Assembly (NCBI GenBank): GCA_050633305.1
Contig: JBOEGF010000015.1
Coordinates: forward strand, 64,001 to 128,000
From: Nannocystales bacterium
Lineage (GTDB): Bacteria > Myxococcota_A > Polyangia > Nannocystales > Nannocystaceae
DNA length: 64,000 nucleotides
Direction of reading: 5' to 3'
The notes beneath the pieces are model-generated. The model saw nothing but the letters and a program-made list of their open reading frames with translations. It had not been told where the DNA came from and made no database searches. The stretch's first letter is position 1; each line of letters starts with the position of its first letter. Of the stretch, positions 28,693 to 38,083 are shown piece after piece. The position numbers were made by a program, and so were the translations under genes.

Positions 28693-28751
28693 GGACGCAA
28701 CATACACTCCGGTCACGTGCGTGCCCCTGCGGGTGCGCGCCACTGTCTCCC

Positions 28752-29648
28752 GTGAGCAGCCTTTCCGAAGCAGCCGCGTCTGTGCCCGTGTTCGTCCCGG
28801 TCGAAAAGGCTCGGGTCCGCGCGAATCTGCAAGCGCGGCTTGCTGGCCGAGATCCTGCCCCCACCACCGTCGGTCGTTACACACTGCGAGCCCGTATTGG
28901 CCAGGGGGCACACGGGGTGGTCTACCGGGCCCATGATCCCAAGCTCGATCGGGAGGTCGCACTCAAGCTCGTGCTCTCGCCAGAATCGGACCATGCCGTC
29001 CTCGCGGAAGCGCACGCCCTCGCCAAGCTGACCCACCCGAACGTGGTCGCGGTGTACGACGTCGGCGCGTTGGATCACGCCGTGTACATCGCGATGGAGT
29101 GGGTTCGAGGCATGACCCTTAGGGACTGGTTCGAGTGCGAGCCACGGAGTGAAAGAGAAACAATCCGCGTGATGCTCGATGCTGGAAGGGGACTTCACGC
29201 CGCCCATGTCGCCGGACTCGTGCACCAGGACTTCAAGCCCCACAACGTCATGGTCGGAGACGACGGCAGGGTCAGAATCCTGGACTTCGGGTTGGCCCAG
29301 CCGGCCTCCGCCGCAGGGAGCCCCGTGGCGGGCACGCCCGACTACATGGCCCCCGAACAACGGCGGGGCGTCACACCGAACGCACTCTGCGACCAGTACA
29401 GCTTCTGCGTCACGTTTCACGAGGCACTCACCCGCAGACGCCCGGCGGCTGGCCGACTTGCGCGGGTCTGGCTCGCGCTCGCCAAACCGATCCTCGCCCG
29501 TGGGCTGCGGGAGGACCCCCAAGAGCGCCACACCTCGATCGCGACCCTGATCCAGCGGTTCGAGAGGCGCCGAATTCTCGCCCTTGCGGCCGCTCTCGTG
29601 GTGGCGGGGAGCTTGGGAGCCTTGCTCATGCGGGCTCTCCTGGGCTGA
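28752..29648 (+). CDS. Compact Ser/Thr protein kinase with C-terminal TM
   Basis: GQGAHGVVY, VALK, HQDFKPHN, DFG, GTPDYMAPEQ. Confidence 0.9.
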   Translation: MSSLSEAAASVPVFVPVEKARVRANLQARLAGRDPAPTTVGRYTLRARIGQGAHGVVYRAHDPKLDREVALKLVLSPESDHAVLAEAHALAKLTHPNVVAVYDVGALDHAVYIAMEWVRGMTLRDWFECEPRSERETIRVMLDAGRGLHAAHVAGLVHQDFKPHNVMVGDDGRVRILDFGLAQPASAAGSPVAGTPDYMAPEQRRGVTPNALCDQYSFCVTFHEALTRRRPAAGRLARVWLALAKPILARGLREDPQERHTSIATLIQRFERRRILALAAALVVAGSLGALLMRALLG

Positions 29649-30561
29649 CATCGCGGCCCAGTTCAGCGGCCAGCATCATCATGGCGCCCACGCCATAACT
29701 GAGACCGCGCATCCGAGGAGACCAACGGTAGGCCAGCGCCGGTCCCGGGATGATGGGGGCAGAAATCCCGGCGAGCGTCAGCCCTGCCCGAGACTGAACG
29801 AGCCTCGAGCACAAACCCTCCCAGGCCTTCCAGGCCGCCTGGCGGGCCTGGGAAGGAAGCCAGCCTCGCCGAGCGCCCAACGCCAGCGCGTAGGCCACGA
29901 GCGCGGTTCCGGATGTCTCCACAGGACAGCTCGGCATATCGACAACCGTCGGCCACAGGCCCGACTCCGCCTGCCGTTCGAGCAGGGCCGCCGCCTGCAG
30001 TTCGAAGGCCGCACGGAGGTGGGGCGCCGGAGCGAGCGCCAGCAACTCCGCGAGACAAACCGCCGCCCAGCCGTTGCCCCGCAGCCAATGAACGGGCACC
30101 CGGCGGTCGGGCGAAAGCTTCGCGTGGCGGAACAGCCCGTGTGCACTCTGTAGATGGCGGCAGAACGCCTCGGCGTGTCGAACGGCCATGCGCGTGAGCC
30201 ACGGCTCTTGCGATGCCGCGCCGAGCTGGGCTGCGGTTGCGACGTACATCATCATCGAGTCGACCCAAACTCCCGGTCGGACGAAATGCCGCACCCAAGC
30301 GTGCCGACCGAGGTGCTCCAACACCCCGTGCTCGTTCTCGGGCGCCGTGCGTAGGTATCGGACGACTCGATCGGACGCGAAACGAGCCTCAGTGCTCTCC
30401 GTCCATCCCAACAAACGTACGCTGGTCTGAGCCCCGAGGCACTGGTCGGACAGGGAGATCGACGGCACCGCGAGGTGTCTGGACTGGTAGTCCTCCAACG
30501 CGCCGAGGTGTCGTTCGCGCAGGGAAGGGCTCACGGCCATGAGATGGCCAAGCCCCACCAT
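29626..30561 (-). CDS. Glycoside hydrolase GH105/GH88-like
   Basis: WVDSMMM, GLFRH, HWLRGNGW, SGLW, ETSGTA, YGVG motifs; start uncertain. Confidence 0.85.
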   Translation of the reverse strand: MVGLGHLMAVSPSLRERHLGALEDYQSRHLAVPSISLSDQCLGAQTSVRLLGWTESTEARFASDRVVRYLRTAPENEHGVLEHLGRHAWVRHFVRPGVWVDSMMMYVATAAQLGAASQEPWLTRMAVRHAEAFCRHLQSAHGLFRHAKLSPDRRVPVHWLRGNGWAAVCLAELLALAPAPHLRAAFELQAAALLERQAESGLWPTVVDMPSCPVETSGTALVAYALALGARRGWLPSQARQAAWKAWEGLCSRLVQSRAGLTLAGISAPIIPGPALAYRWSPRMRGLSYGVGAMMMLAAELGRDVSPGEPA

Positions 30562-30656
30562 CGCCGTGCTCGCGTCCCAACGCCAAGGGAGCGTGTGTGA
30601 AGGTCGTCGTCGAAGAAGGCTTTCGGCGAGCGCTCCTCCTATCTCCAGAGGGGCGC

Positions 30657-31142
30657 TCAAAACCTGCCACCTACGGACATGCCAGCACCTTCTGGGGAGA
30701 TGTGAGATCGGAAGGACAGAGCGTGCCGACGCTGTACGAGGCGGCGGCGTGCCGCGTCGCCCACGACCGTCAGGGCGACCCCGGAGGCGAGCATGCCAAC
30801 GGGGACGTAGAACCCGAACGCACGAAATATGGCACGCTCCCTCTTTTCGATGCCACGCTCTTTCTTGGAAGGGGGTTCGTCCGTGAAGTCGGTGGGATGC
30901 ATCGAGTCGATGGCCCTGAACACGCCCACCGCGGCCGAGATCGACAGCCAAGTGCCGCCGACGCTCAGACTCACCAGGCCGGGAACCAACAACTTCGCCT
31001 GGCGCCGGTCTCGACGGTACGCAGTGCTCGCAGCCGGGACGGCCACGGACGGCGCCGTGCGTGGCGGGATCAACTCGGGCGGCCCGGGCGGCGTGGCGAG
31101 GGCTGAAAGCAGGGTCGGGCCGACTAAGATCGAGGGAGTCAT
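30657..31142 (-). CDS. Hypothetical membrane protein
   Basis: Two hydrophobic helices; ends ...PEGAGMSVGGRF. Confidence 0.6.
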   Translation of the reverse strand: MTPSILVGPTLLSALATPPGPPELIPPRTAPSVAVPAASTAYRRDRRQAKLLVPGLVSLSVGGTWLSISAAVGVFRAIDSMHPTDFTDEPPSKKERGIEKRERAIFRAFGFYVPVGMLASGVALTVVGDAARRRLVQRRHALSFRSHISPEGAGMSVGGRF

Positions 31143-31247
31143 CACGCTCTGACCCTTCGTTGCCGTCGCCAGAGAATCGATTGCCACTGGATGCGGGTTT
31201 TCTGTGGACCCGCGGAACCCCGCGGGCTGCTACGTTGCCGAGCGCGG

Positions 31248-34200
31248 ATGGCGGACGACGACTCCAAGACTCCCGAGCCCCCTGAAGACACCGAAGCCGA
31301 GGTGAGCAGCGGCGAGGACAGCCCAGACGCCCCCGGTGCGTTCCGCGCCGTCGGCCAAGCGATTGGGGGTTTTGCGCGACGCGTCGGTGCCTTCGCATCC
31401 TCCGCCGCAGGGCGCCCGGTGATCCCCGAAGACTTGCGGGAGCCGCTCGCCGCAGCGCGCGCCCTTCGGTACGAAGGAGACCGGAGCCGGTCCCTTGCCC
31501 GTCTTCGAGCCATCAACGTCGAGCAACCCGGCGAACCCTTCGTCGCGCTCGCGATGGCACTCACCCACCTGCACGACCTGCTCGAGGGCGGTCGACCCAT
31601 CAAGGCGCTGGAGGAGCTGGGCGAGGCGCTTGGTGATGCGCTCGGCCGAGGCGCGCCGTTGCTGGTCTCCGCGGGACCCTTCCTTGGCCAGGACAACCCC
31701 GGTCGGGCGTTGGATCTGATTCGTCGCGCCATGCCCGAGCTTCGACGGTTGCCCGACCCGGTTGAGAGCGAGGCTGTTTGGCTGGCCCATGTGATGGCCG
31801 GCCTCGCTCAACTGCAGCTCGGCAACGAAGAGCGATCGCTTCGTGAGCTTCAAAAAGCCCGCGCCCGTACCCCGTCCGAGGTCGCCGGCGGTCTGCGCAA
31901 GCTGATCCTCAAACACGGGGTCGAGCTCGCCCTGGTCGGCGGCCAGCTCGGCGACGCGGAGTCGTGGGTCCGCGAAGCCCTCCGCGAGAACCCGGACGAC
32001 GACACGCTCCTGGCGACGCTGGCGCGCGTGATGGCGGCCAAGGGGGACTCGATCGCCTCGCATGCGCTGCTCGAGAAGCTGACCATCGCCGAGCACGCGC
32101 GAACCTACGTCTGGGTTGGGCTGAGCGTAGGGTTGCCTGACGACGCACCCGCTCTGCGAGAGGTCACGCTCCGCCTTCTTCAGACCGAGCCCGACAACCC
32201 GCAAGGCCGACGGTTGTGGGCGCTTTCGGAGCTCGATGGAGCGCGACGAGACGCCCTGTCCCCCGAGGGCATAAGAGAAGTCATCGCCGCCCTGGCGGAG
32301 ACCGCGGCCAAGGCCTCCGTCGGCAACCGCGATCGTCACCTCGCCGAGCTCGCGCACGCTGCCCTTCGCCTCGATTGCCTGGACGACGACGCGGTTGGGC
32401 CCGTGCTGCGCCGCCTCAAAGAAGACGCGCCAGAGCCTCCACCCGAAGAGCTGAGGCTACTCGCAGCGAGACGGCACCAGCACGATGGAGAGGCCGTAGG
32501 TCCCGACCTTCTCCCGACGGTCCCGCCCGTGTTCCGGGCCGACCCGGAGATCGGCGGGCCATGGGGCCCCGACCCCCAGAGCCCGCTTCGCAACGCCGAC
32601 CTTCGGAGCTCGCTCCTCGCCAGTGAACGCAAACTCGTCGCGGCACAGGCCTGTTTGGGTGACTCGGAGCTACACGACCTCGCGGGAGACCTGCTCGTCG
32701 AGGCCCTGGTCTTGCGCCCCGAGAATGGCCGCGCCCGCACCCTGCTGGGGGAGGCCACGCTCAAGCTTCCCGTCGACGCGAAACCGCGCCTCGAAGAACT
32801 GCTCACCGCAGCGACGACCCTGCTCGCGAGCGTTCCCGGGCGGATTCACGGTGTTTCTCTCGATGGTGTCGAGCAGGCCATGACCAAGGTCGTGGCCGCC
32901 CGCGAGCGGTTGGCACGCCCACTGACGATCGCGACGATGGGCGAGTTCTCGGCCGGCAAGAGCACCTTCGTCAACGCGCTACTCGGCGAGGCTGTGGCCC
33001 CGATGGGCGTGCTGCCCACGACCACCACGATCAACGTGTTCCGCCGCGGCACTGGCGGTGGTGCCCGCGTCCACTACCGCGACGGCCGTATTGGCATGAT
33101 CGACAAGGCCGACGTGCAGGAGTTCCTGCACGGCCTCGACGACGCCGAAGCGCAACGCATCCGGCACGTTGAGATCGAGCGCAGCGGTGGCCGCATGGGG
33201 GATGCCGCGGTGGTCGACACACCTGGCCTCAATGCACTCGACGAGTACCACGAGCAAGTTGCCCGCGAGTTTCTCGACGAGGCCGACGCTGTGGTCTGGG
33301 TATTCTCCGCCACGCGTAGCGGTGCCGCATCCGAAGTCGGCATGCTCACCGAGCTTCGTGAGTCGGGGCGCCAAGTGTTGGGGGTGCTCAACAAGGTCGA
33401 CACCCTCGACGAAAGCGAACAGACCGAACTCGCCACCTATTTGCGCGAGCAGCTCGGTGAAGTCCTCGTCGAGGTCGTCCCCCTCCGAGGCAATGACGCG
33501 CTGAAGTATCGGACCGAAGGCGGCGAAGGCAAGGATCCCTTCGCCGGGATCGTCACCGCCCTGGACACCCACTTCTTGCGGAAGGCCCGTGAGCTCAAGC
33601 GCAGTCTCACCGCTCGTCGCCTGCAGGAGGCTCTCGATGCTGCCAAGCTGGCAACGCTCGAGGCTGTCGAAGCACTGGAGAAGGGCGCGGACGAGGCGAG
33701 TCGATCCGCCGACCAGGACCGGCCCTCGTCGGCCGAACTCCTCATGTCCTTCGGGGACAACATCATCCCGGCCTTCCTGGGCGCCGACGATGTACTCGTT
33801 CGTGAGGGTCTTGGACTGGGCATTCTGCAGACGAAGAAGGGCCTGGCCAAGGGCCCGCTTGACCCGCTGGACGCGGAGTACCTTGGAGCCTGCATCCGGG
33901 AGTCGGTACTCGGCGCGTTGCAGAAGGCGTTGATGGAGGTTGCGGCGATCGACCCCGCCGCCAGCGAGGTTCTCGACCGCCAGTTCCTGCCCTGGGCCCG
34001 CGGCCACCTCGATGGCCTCATGTCCGCGGGGTACATCACCGACCTCCTCGCGGACCGTGGTAAGTCCATCGCCGAAGGAGAGACCGCGGCGAGGAAGGCC
34101 TTCCGCGAAGCACTGGTGCCGCTGGCCGAGGGCTGGGCGTCGCACGCTCGAACACTTGTCCAAGAGGTCGAGCGAGCTCGGCAACGCTTCGACAGATCCG

Positions 34201-34301
34201 CGGCTTCCAAACCCCGTGCAGAGGCGCTCCGCCTGCGCACCTCGCTCGTCACCACGCTGGACGGCCTGGCCGAGATGGCCCGGCCGCTGGCAGGTGGCTA
34301 G
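31248..34301 (+). CDS. Helical-repeat (TPR-like) / dynamin-like GTPase fusion (DLP2)
   Basis: Over 500 aa helical N-terminus, then GEFSAGKST, GVLPTT, DTPG, NKVD and helical C-terminus. Confidence 0.9.
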   Translation: MADDDSKTPEPPEDTEAEVSSGEDSPDAPGAFRAVGQAIGGFARRVGAFASSAAGRPVIPEDLREPLAAARALRYEGDRSRSLARLRAINVEQPGEPFVALAMALTHLHDLLEGGRPIKALEELGEALGDALGRGAPLLVSAGPFLGQDNPGRALDLIRRAMPELRRLPDPVESEAVWLAHVMAGLAQLQLGNEERSLRELQKARARTPSEVAGGLRKLILKHGVELALVGGQLGDAESWVREALRENPDDDTLLATLARVMAAKGDSIASHALLEKLTIAEHARTYVWVGLSVGLPDDAPALREVTLRLLQTEPDNPQGRRLWALSELDGARRDALSPEGIREVIAALAETAAKASVGNRDRHLAELAHAALRLDCLDDDAVGPVLRRLKEDAPEPPPEELRLLAARRHQHDGEAVGPDLLPTVPPVFRADPEIGGPWGPDPQSPLRNADLRSSLLASERKLVAAQACLGDSELHDLAGDLLVEALVLRPENGRARTLLGEATLKLPVDAKPRLEELLTAATTLLASVPGRIHGVSLDGVEQAMTKVVAARERLARPLTIATMGEFSAGKSTFVNALLGEAVAPMGVLPTTTTINVFRRGTGGGARVHYRDGRIGMIDKADVQEFLHGLDDAEAQRIRHVEIERSGGRMGDAAVVDTPGLNALDEYHEQVAREFLDEADAVVWVFSATRSGAASEVGMLTELRESGRQVLGVLNKVDTLDESEQTELATYLREQLGEVLVEVVPLRGNDALKYRTEGGEGKDPFAGIVTALDTHFLRKARELKRSLTARRLQEALDAAKLATLEAVEALEKGADEASRSADQDRPSSAELLMSFGDNIIPAFLGADDVLVREGLGLGILQTKKGLAKGPLDPLDAEYLGACIRESVLGALQKALMEVAAIDPAASEVLDRQFLPWARGHLDGLMSAGYITDLLADRGKSIAEGETAARKAFREALVPLAEGWASHARTLVQEVERARQRFDRSAASKPRAEALRLRTSLVTTLDGLAEMARPLAGG

Positions 34302-34374
34302 TCCGAACGCACTGGCCCCGTTTGGCGTCGGTCACGCGAAGCGGCTGGCGGGCTTCGTGTAGACTCCAGCGTCG

Positions 34375-34980
34375 ATGCGGAGTGACAACGAGCTCCTTGC
34401 CGCCTGGCGGGAAGGTGACACCCGAGCGGGAAAGGAGCTTTTCGAGCGCCACTTCACCTCGCTGCGGCGGTTCTTCGCGAACAAGGTCGATCTTCACGAG
34501 GTCGAGGACCTGATGCAGCGCAGCTTCATGGGCTGCGTCGAGGCGGTCGAACGCTTCCGCGGGGACTCCTCGTTCCGTACCTTCCTCTTTGCCATTGGCC
34601 GGCGCCAGCTCTACAAGCACTTCCGCGACCAGCGAGTGAAGGATGGCCGGCGGGCGGATGACTTCAGCGTGACCTCCGTGGCTGAGCTCGGCCGCACTCC
34701 GAGCTCCGTCATGGGCGCCCAGCAAGAGGAGGCCCTGATGCTGCAGGCGTTGCAGAGGATCAGCGTCGATCACCAAACCGTGCTCGAGCTGCACTACTGG
34801 GAGCAACTCTCCACAGAAGAGATCGCCCAAGTTTGCGACATCGCACCGGGCACCGTTCGAACGCGCCTTCACCGTGCGAGGCACGCTCTCCGGGAAACCC
34901 TCGAGGCGGACCTCAAGACACGCGGACGCTCGGTCGAAGACCTCGATGTCGACGCCGCGGCGGTCGCCGCTCGACCGTAG
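34375..34980 (+). CDS. ECF sigma-70 factor
   Basis: DNELLAAWREGD, VEDLMQRSF, FRGDSSFRTFL, EIAQVCDIAPGTVRTRL. Confidence 0.93.
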   Translation: MRSDNELLAAWREGDTRAGKELFERHFTSLRRFFANKVDLHEVEDLMQRSFMGCVEAVERFRGDSSFRTFLFAIGRRQLYKHFRDQRVKDGRRADDFSVTSVAELGRTPSSVMGAQQEEALMLQALQRISVDHQTVLELHYWEQLSTEEIAQVCDIAPGTVRTRLHRARHALRETLEADLKTRGRSVEDLDVDAAAVAARP

Positions 34981-35236
34981 TCTTCGGCGAGACCAGTGAG
35001 ACCCAAGGTCGATGTGCCCTGCAGGGATTGGAGAGCTCGACACACGCCCCGCGGTGGCCAGCAGTCCTGCAAACGGCTTCGACAACGAGTCAGGCGTCCA
35101 AGCCATGTTCGAGTTTGCAGCAATGCCCGCGTCGGGTTGTGCATCCGGTCGCTTGGAGCTCATGCCGTTGGCCGCCTAGGGCACGAACGTCAGGGCGCTT
35201 TGACCGTAGACGCGAACTAGCGCAGGCTCGCCGCCG

Positions 35237-35896
35237 ATGAGCGGAAAGCGGACGTTTGGCGCTGATGAGGCGGGTCGCGGCCCGATCCTCGGGCCCATGG
35301 TCATTGCGGTCGTCGGCCTGGACCGAGGCGCGTCCATCTCGCTCGCGAAGCGAGGCGTCTGCGACAGCAAGGGATTCGGGGCAGGGGAGGCAGCGCGTCG
35401 GAAACGCCGCGAGCTGGCGCAAATCGTCCGGGAGCGGGCGCCGCTCCACCGCGTCCGGATCATCGGGGCCGACGAGGTGGACCGATACACATTCCGAGGC
35501 CTCCTCAACGCCCTGGAACGGGAAGTTGTCCATGACCTCCTGGTTGAACTTGGCGCCGGAGCTCCCGACCGCATCGTCTGCGACGGGGCCAACATGTTTG
35601 CGCCGCTTCGGAAGTTCTTCCCCCAGCTCGAGGCGGTCAACAAGGGGGAGTCGAAGCATGTGTCGGTGGCGGCGGCCTCCATCCTCGCGAAGGACGCCCG
35701 TGACGACGCGTTCGCCGAGATCGCTTCACGCTACGAGGGGGAGTTCGGACCGCTCCGTGGCGGCGGATACCTCAACGACGCCACACGGACTTTCCTCGAG
35801 GCCTACCAGGCCAAGCACGGTGCTCTGCCCCCCGAGGCCCGCAAGAGCTGGGGTGCACAGAAGGTGTCCACGGCCCAGGTCGGGATCTTCGACTGA
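35237..35896 (+). CDS. rnhB: Ribonuclease HII
   Basis: GADEAGRGPILGPMV, DSK, CDG, VAAASILAK. Confidence 0.93.
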   Translation: MSGKRTFGADEAGRGPILGPMVIAVVGLDRGASISLAKRGVCDSKGFGAGEAARRKRRELAQIVRERAPLHRVRIIGADEVDRYTFRGLLNALEREVVHDLLVELGAGAPDRIVCDGANMFAPLRKFFPQLEAVNKGESKHVSVAAASILAKDARDDAFAEIASRYEGEFGPLRGGGYLNDATRTFLEAYQAKHGALPPEARKSWGAQKVSTAQVGIFD

Positions 35897-35952
35897 GCCG
35901 CTGGGACTTGCCCGCTGGACAGGTCCGAGCATCACATGTCCGGTGAGGACAT

Positions 35953-37005
35953 CTACGGAGACTTGAACGGATCCATGGACTCGTCAAAGTCCATCGACTT
36001 CTTCCGCTTGCGCGAGGCCTTCTTCTTTGGCCTGCGAGCGCGCGGCTTGGACGGCTCGTCTTCGGCTCGCGTGTCAGCGAACTTGACCGCATCCTCGTCG
36101 AGTTCGCGGGCCTTGTCGAAGTACTCGTCGGCCGCCGCGCTGTTGCCGTCGTTGCGCTTGCACAACCCCAACCCAACGTAGGCACGGGCGCGAACACTGT
36201 CGTTCCCATCATCGAGCGCGCGGGCGTAGTGATTGCGAGCGGAGAAGCAGTCGCCGCCTTCTCTCGCGGAGTCCCCCTCCTCGATGGCGTTCCAGCCCTT
36301 CGCAGAAACCGTCGCTTTGTCTTCGCTCCCGGCCGCGTCGAGAGCCGCACCGGGGGTGGCCGGGCTCAGGTCCCGTGCTGGTTCCGGTGACGGCGTGGTG
36401 GGTGCGACGCGCTTCCCGGCGCCGCTGCGTTTGGCCGGGGCTGAAGCCGTGGCCGGAGGTTCGGCGGGCGGCGCCAGGGCAGCGCCATAGTTGGCGTCAC
36501 CCGGTGATGGCTGGTTCGCCACCGGTGGAACGGATTCTTCGGCCTCCGCGGCACCCTGCTCATGCGCGGCAGGGACCTCGGCACGAACCTGCGAGGCATC
36601 ATCGTTCACCGCCACAGCCCCAGCCTTCTCGGGCTGCGGACTGTCGGCGGCCATCGGACTGACCAAGATCAGAACCAGCGCTGCGGACCCAGCCACTGCA
36701 AGCCCAGGGATCAGCCACGCCCCTCGGAGGCGAGCCCAGAAGCTCGGCGCCACCGGGCTCTCCGGCGTTGGCGTGATGATGTCCGTTGCAGACATTCTGG
36801 CCTCAGAGAGCACTCCGTCCAGGATGCCGGGGCGCACGTCCTCCAAGGGCAGGGCCTCGCGGGACGCCTGGAGGATCAGCTGGAAGTCGGCGAGCCGGTT
36901 CGAGACCGCCTCGGAAGGATCGTGCAGGTCTTCGAGCTCTTCGAGTCCCTCGAGGGCATCTTCGAGCCGGTCGAGCTCGTCGGGTCCAAGGCGTGCTTCA
37001 GCCAT
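35953..37005 (-). CDS. Putative anti-sigma factor (single TM, C-terminal TPR)
   Basis: Start overlaps sigma stop (ATGGCTGA); TM helix; TPR-like C-terminus. Confidence 0.7.
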   Translation of the reverse strand: MAEARLGPDELDRLEDALEGLEELEDLHDPSEAVSNRLADFQLILQASREALPLEDVRPGILDGVLSEARMSATDIITPTPESPVAPSFWARLRGAWLIPGLAVAGSAALVLILVSPMAADSPQPEKAGAVAVNDDASQVRAEVPAAHEQGAAEAEESVPPVANQPSPGDANYGAALAPPAEPPATASAPAKRSGAGKRVAPTTPSPEPARDLSPATPGAALDAAGSEDKATVSAKGWNAIEEGDSAREGGDCFSARNHYARALDDGNDSVRARAYVGLGLCKRNDGNSAAADEYFDKARELDEDAVKFADTRAEDEPSKPRARRPKKKASRKRKKSMDFDESMDPFKSP

Positions 37006-37675
37006 GCGAGCATCCCTCGCTGACCCCGGCGGCGGGCGCGACGATTCCGGCATGGAGCTCGGAGAGCTCTCCCCGGAGTTTCTCCAGGGCGTATCGCATG
37101 CGGCTCTTCACGGTGTTCTCGGGCGCGCCAACAGCATCGCCGATCTCGCGGAACGATAGGCCACCCAGCTGCCGCATCAAGAAAACCTCGCGTTGGTCCG
37201 GTGGGAGACGGCTCACCGCGCTTGCGAGCTGGGCGCGCAGGCGCACGGCCTCCGCCCGTGCATCGGTAGGAACAGCTTGGGCCTGAAGTCCAGACATCAA
37301 GGAACGGCTGCCGTCTGCGCCCCTGGGCGCGTCCAGCGACTCATGATCGCGGAACCGCGCCCGGCGGCTCTCGTCGACACAGAGGTTTCTCGCGATGGTG
37401 TACATCCACGTCGTGAACTTCGCAGAGCGCCGATAGCGGTGCTTGGAGCGGATCACGCGGACGAGCACATCTTGTAACAACTCCTCGGCCCGGGGCGCGT
37501 TCTGCACACTGCGGAGTAGGAAGTTGTAGAGGCCGCGGCTGTGACGCCGGATCAGGTGGTCCAGAGCCTCGGCCTCCCCGTCGGCGAACGCCTCCATCAG
37601 CGACTCATCCGAACGGGCGTCGGTATCACTCCGGGGCTGGAGCGTCGCAGGGGCGGGTTTGCTGGCGGCTGACAT
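36998..37675 (-). CDS. ECF sigma-70 factor (RpoE-like)
   Basis: DESLMEAFADGE, AEELLQD, KFTTWMYTIARN, EIGDAVGAPENTVKSRMRYA. Confidence 0.95.
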   Translation of the reverse strand: MSAASKPAPATLQPRSDTDARSDESLMEAFADGEAEALDHLIRRHSRGLYNFLLRSVQNAPRAEELLQDVLVRVIRSKHRYRRSAKFTTWMYTIARNLCVDESRRARFRDHESLDAPRGADGSRSLMSGLQAQAVPTDARAEAVRLRAQLASAVSRLPPDQREVFLMRQLGGLSFREIGDAVGAPENTVKSRMRYALEKLRGELSELHAGIVAPAAGVSEGCSHG

Positions 37676-37863
37676 GGTTTTCGCGGGACGGCGCCGCTCT
37701 GTTCGGACAGAGGGCGTGTTCAAGGGGATAAAGGACTCCCAGTTGGCGACCGTGGCGGGCATGACGCAGGCTCTGCGGCTACCAACGGGCAAGGTCCGGG
37801 GTTGATCTGTCGGAATCGGAACGTTGGCCGGGGGACATCGCTTTCGGCCACGCCCAGTCATGT

Positions 37864-37933
37864 TTTTGACGGGAGCGTCAAAAGCGCCCACCCGACCGTC
37901 ATCGTTCCAGCCCGGGCCGTCAGATCTTTGACG
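37864..37933. promoter_or_regulatory. TGACG inverted-repeat sites (candidate activator binding sites)
   Basis: TTTTGACG-GGAG-CGTCAAAA (37864-37883) and CGTCA-GATCTT-TGACG (37918-37933). Confidence 0.55.
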
Positions 37934-38057
37934 AGGCCCGGTTTGGTACGGCCAACCGTCAGGTTGCTGGCGTCAAGATCAGAACGATCGGGTGGCGCGA
38001 GCGCGTCACGATCGAGGTAGGCCCCAAGAAAGACATAATCGGCCGTCGAGATCCGAG

Positions 38058-38074
38058 TTGGTACGGCAGGTGCA
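38058..38074 (+). promoter_or_regulatory. Sigma54 -24/-12 promoter
   Basis: TTGGTACGGCAGGTGCA, GG-N10-GC, close to consensus TGGCACG-N4-TTGCW. Confidence 0.7.
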
Positions 38075-38083
38075 CAAGATATG

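Noticed and set aside
34249..35163. 304-aa minus-strand ORF
   Set aside because: Mostly antisense to the ECF sigma gene; no recognisable motifs
37943..37959. Second TTGGTACGGC copy as a sigma54 promoter
   Set aside because: Lacks the -12 GC
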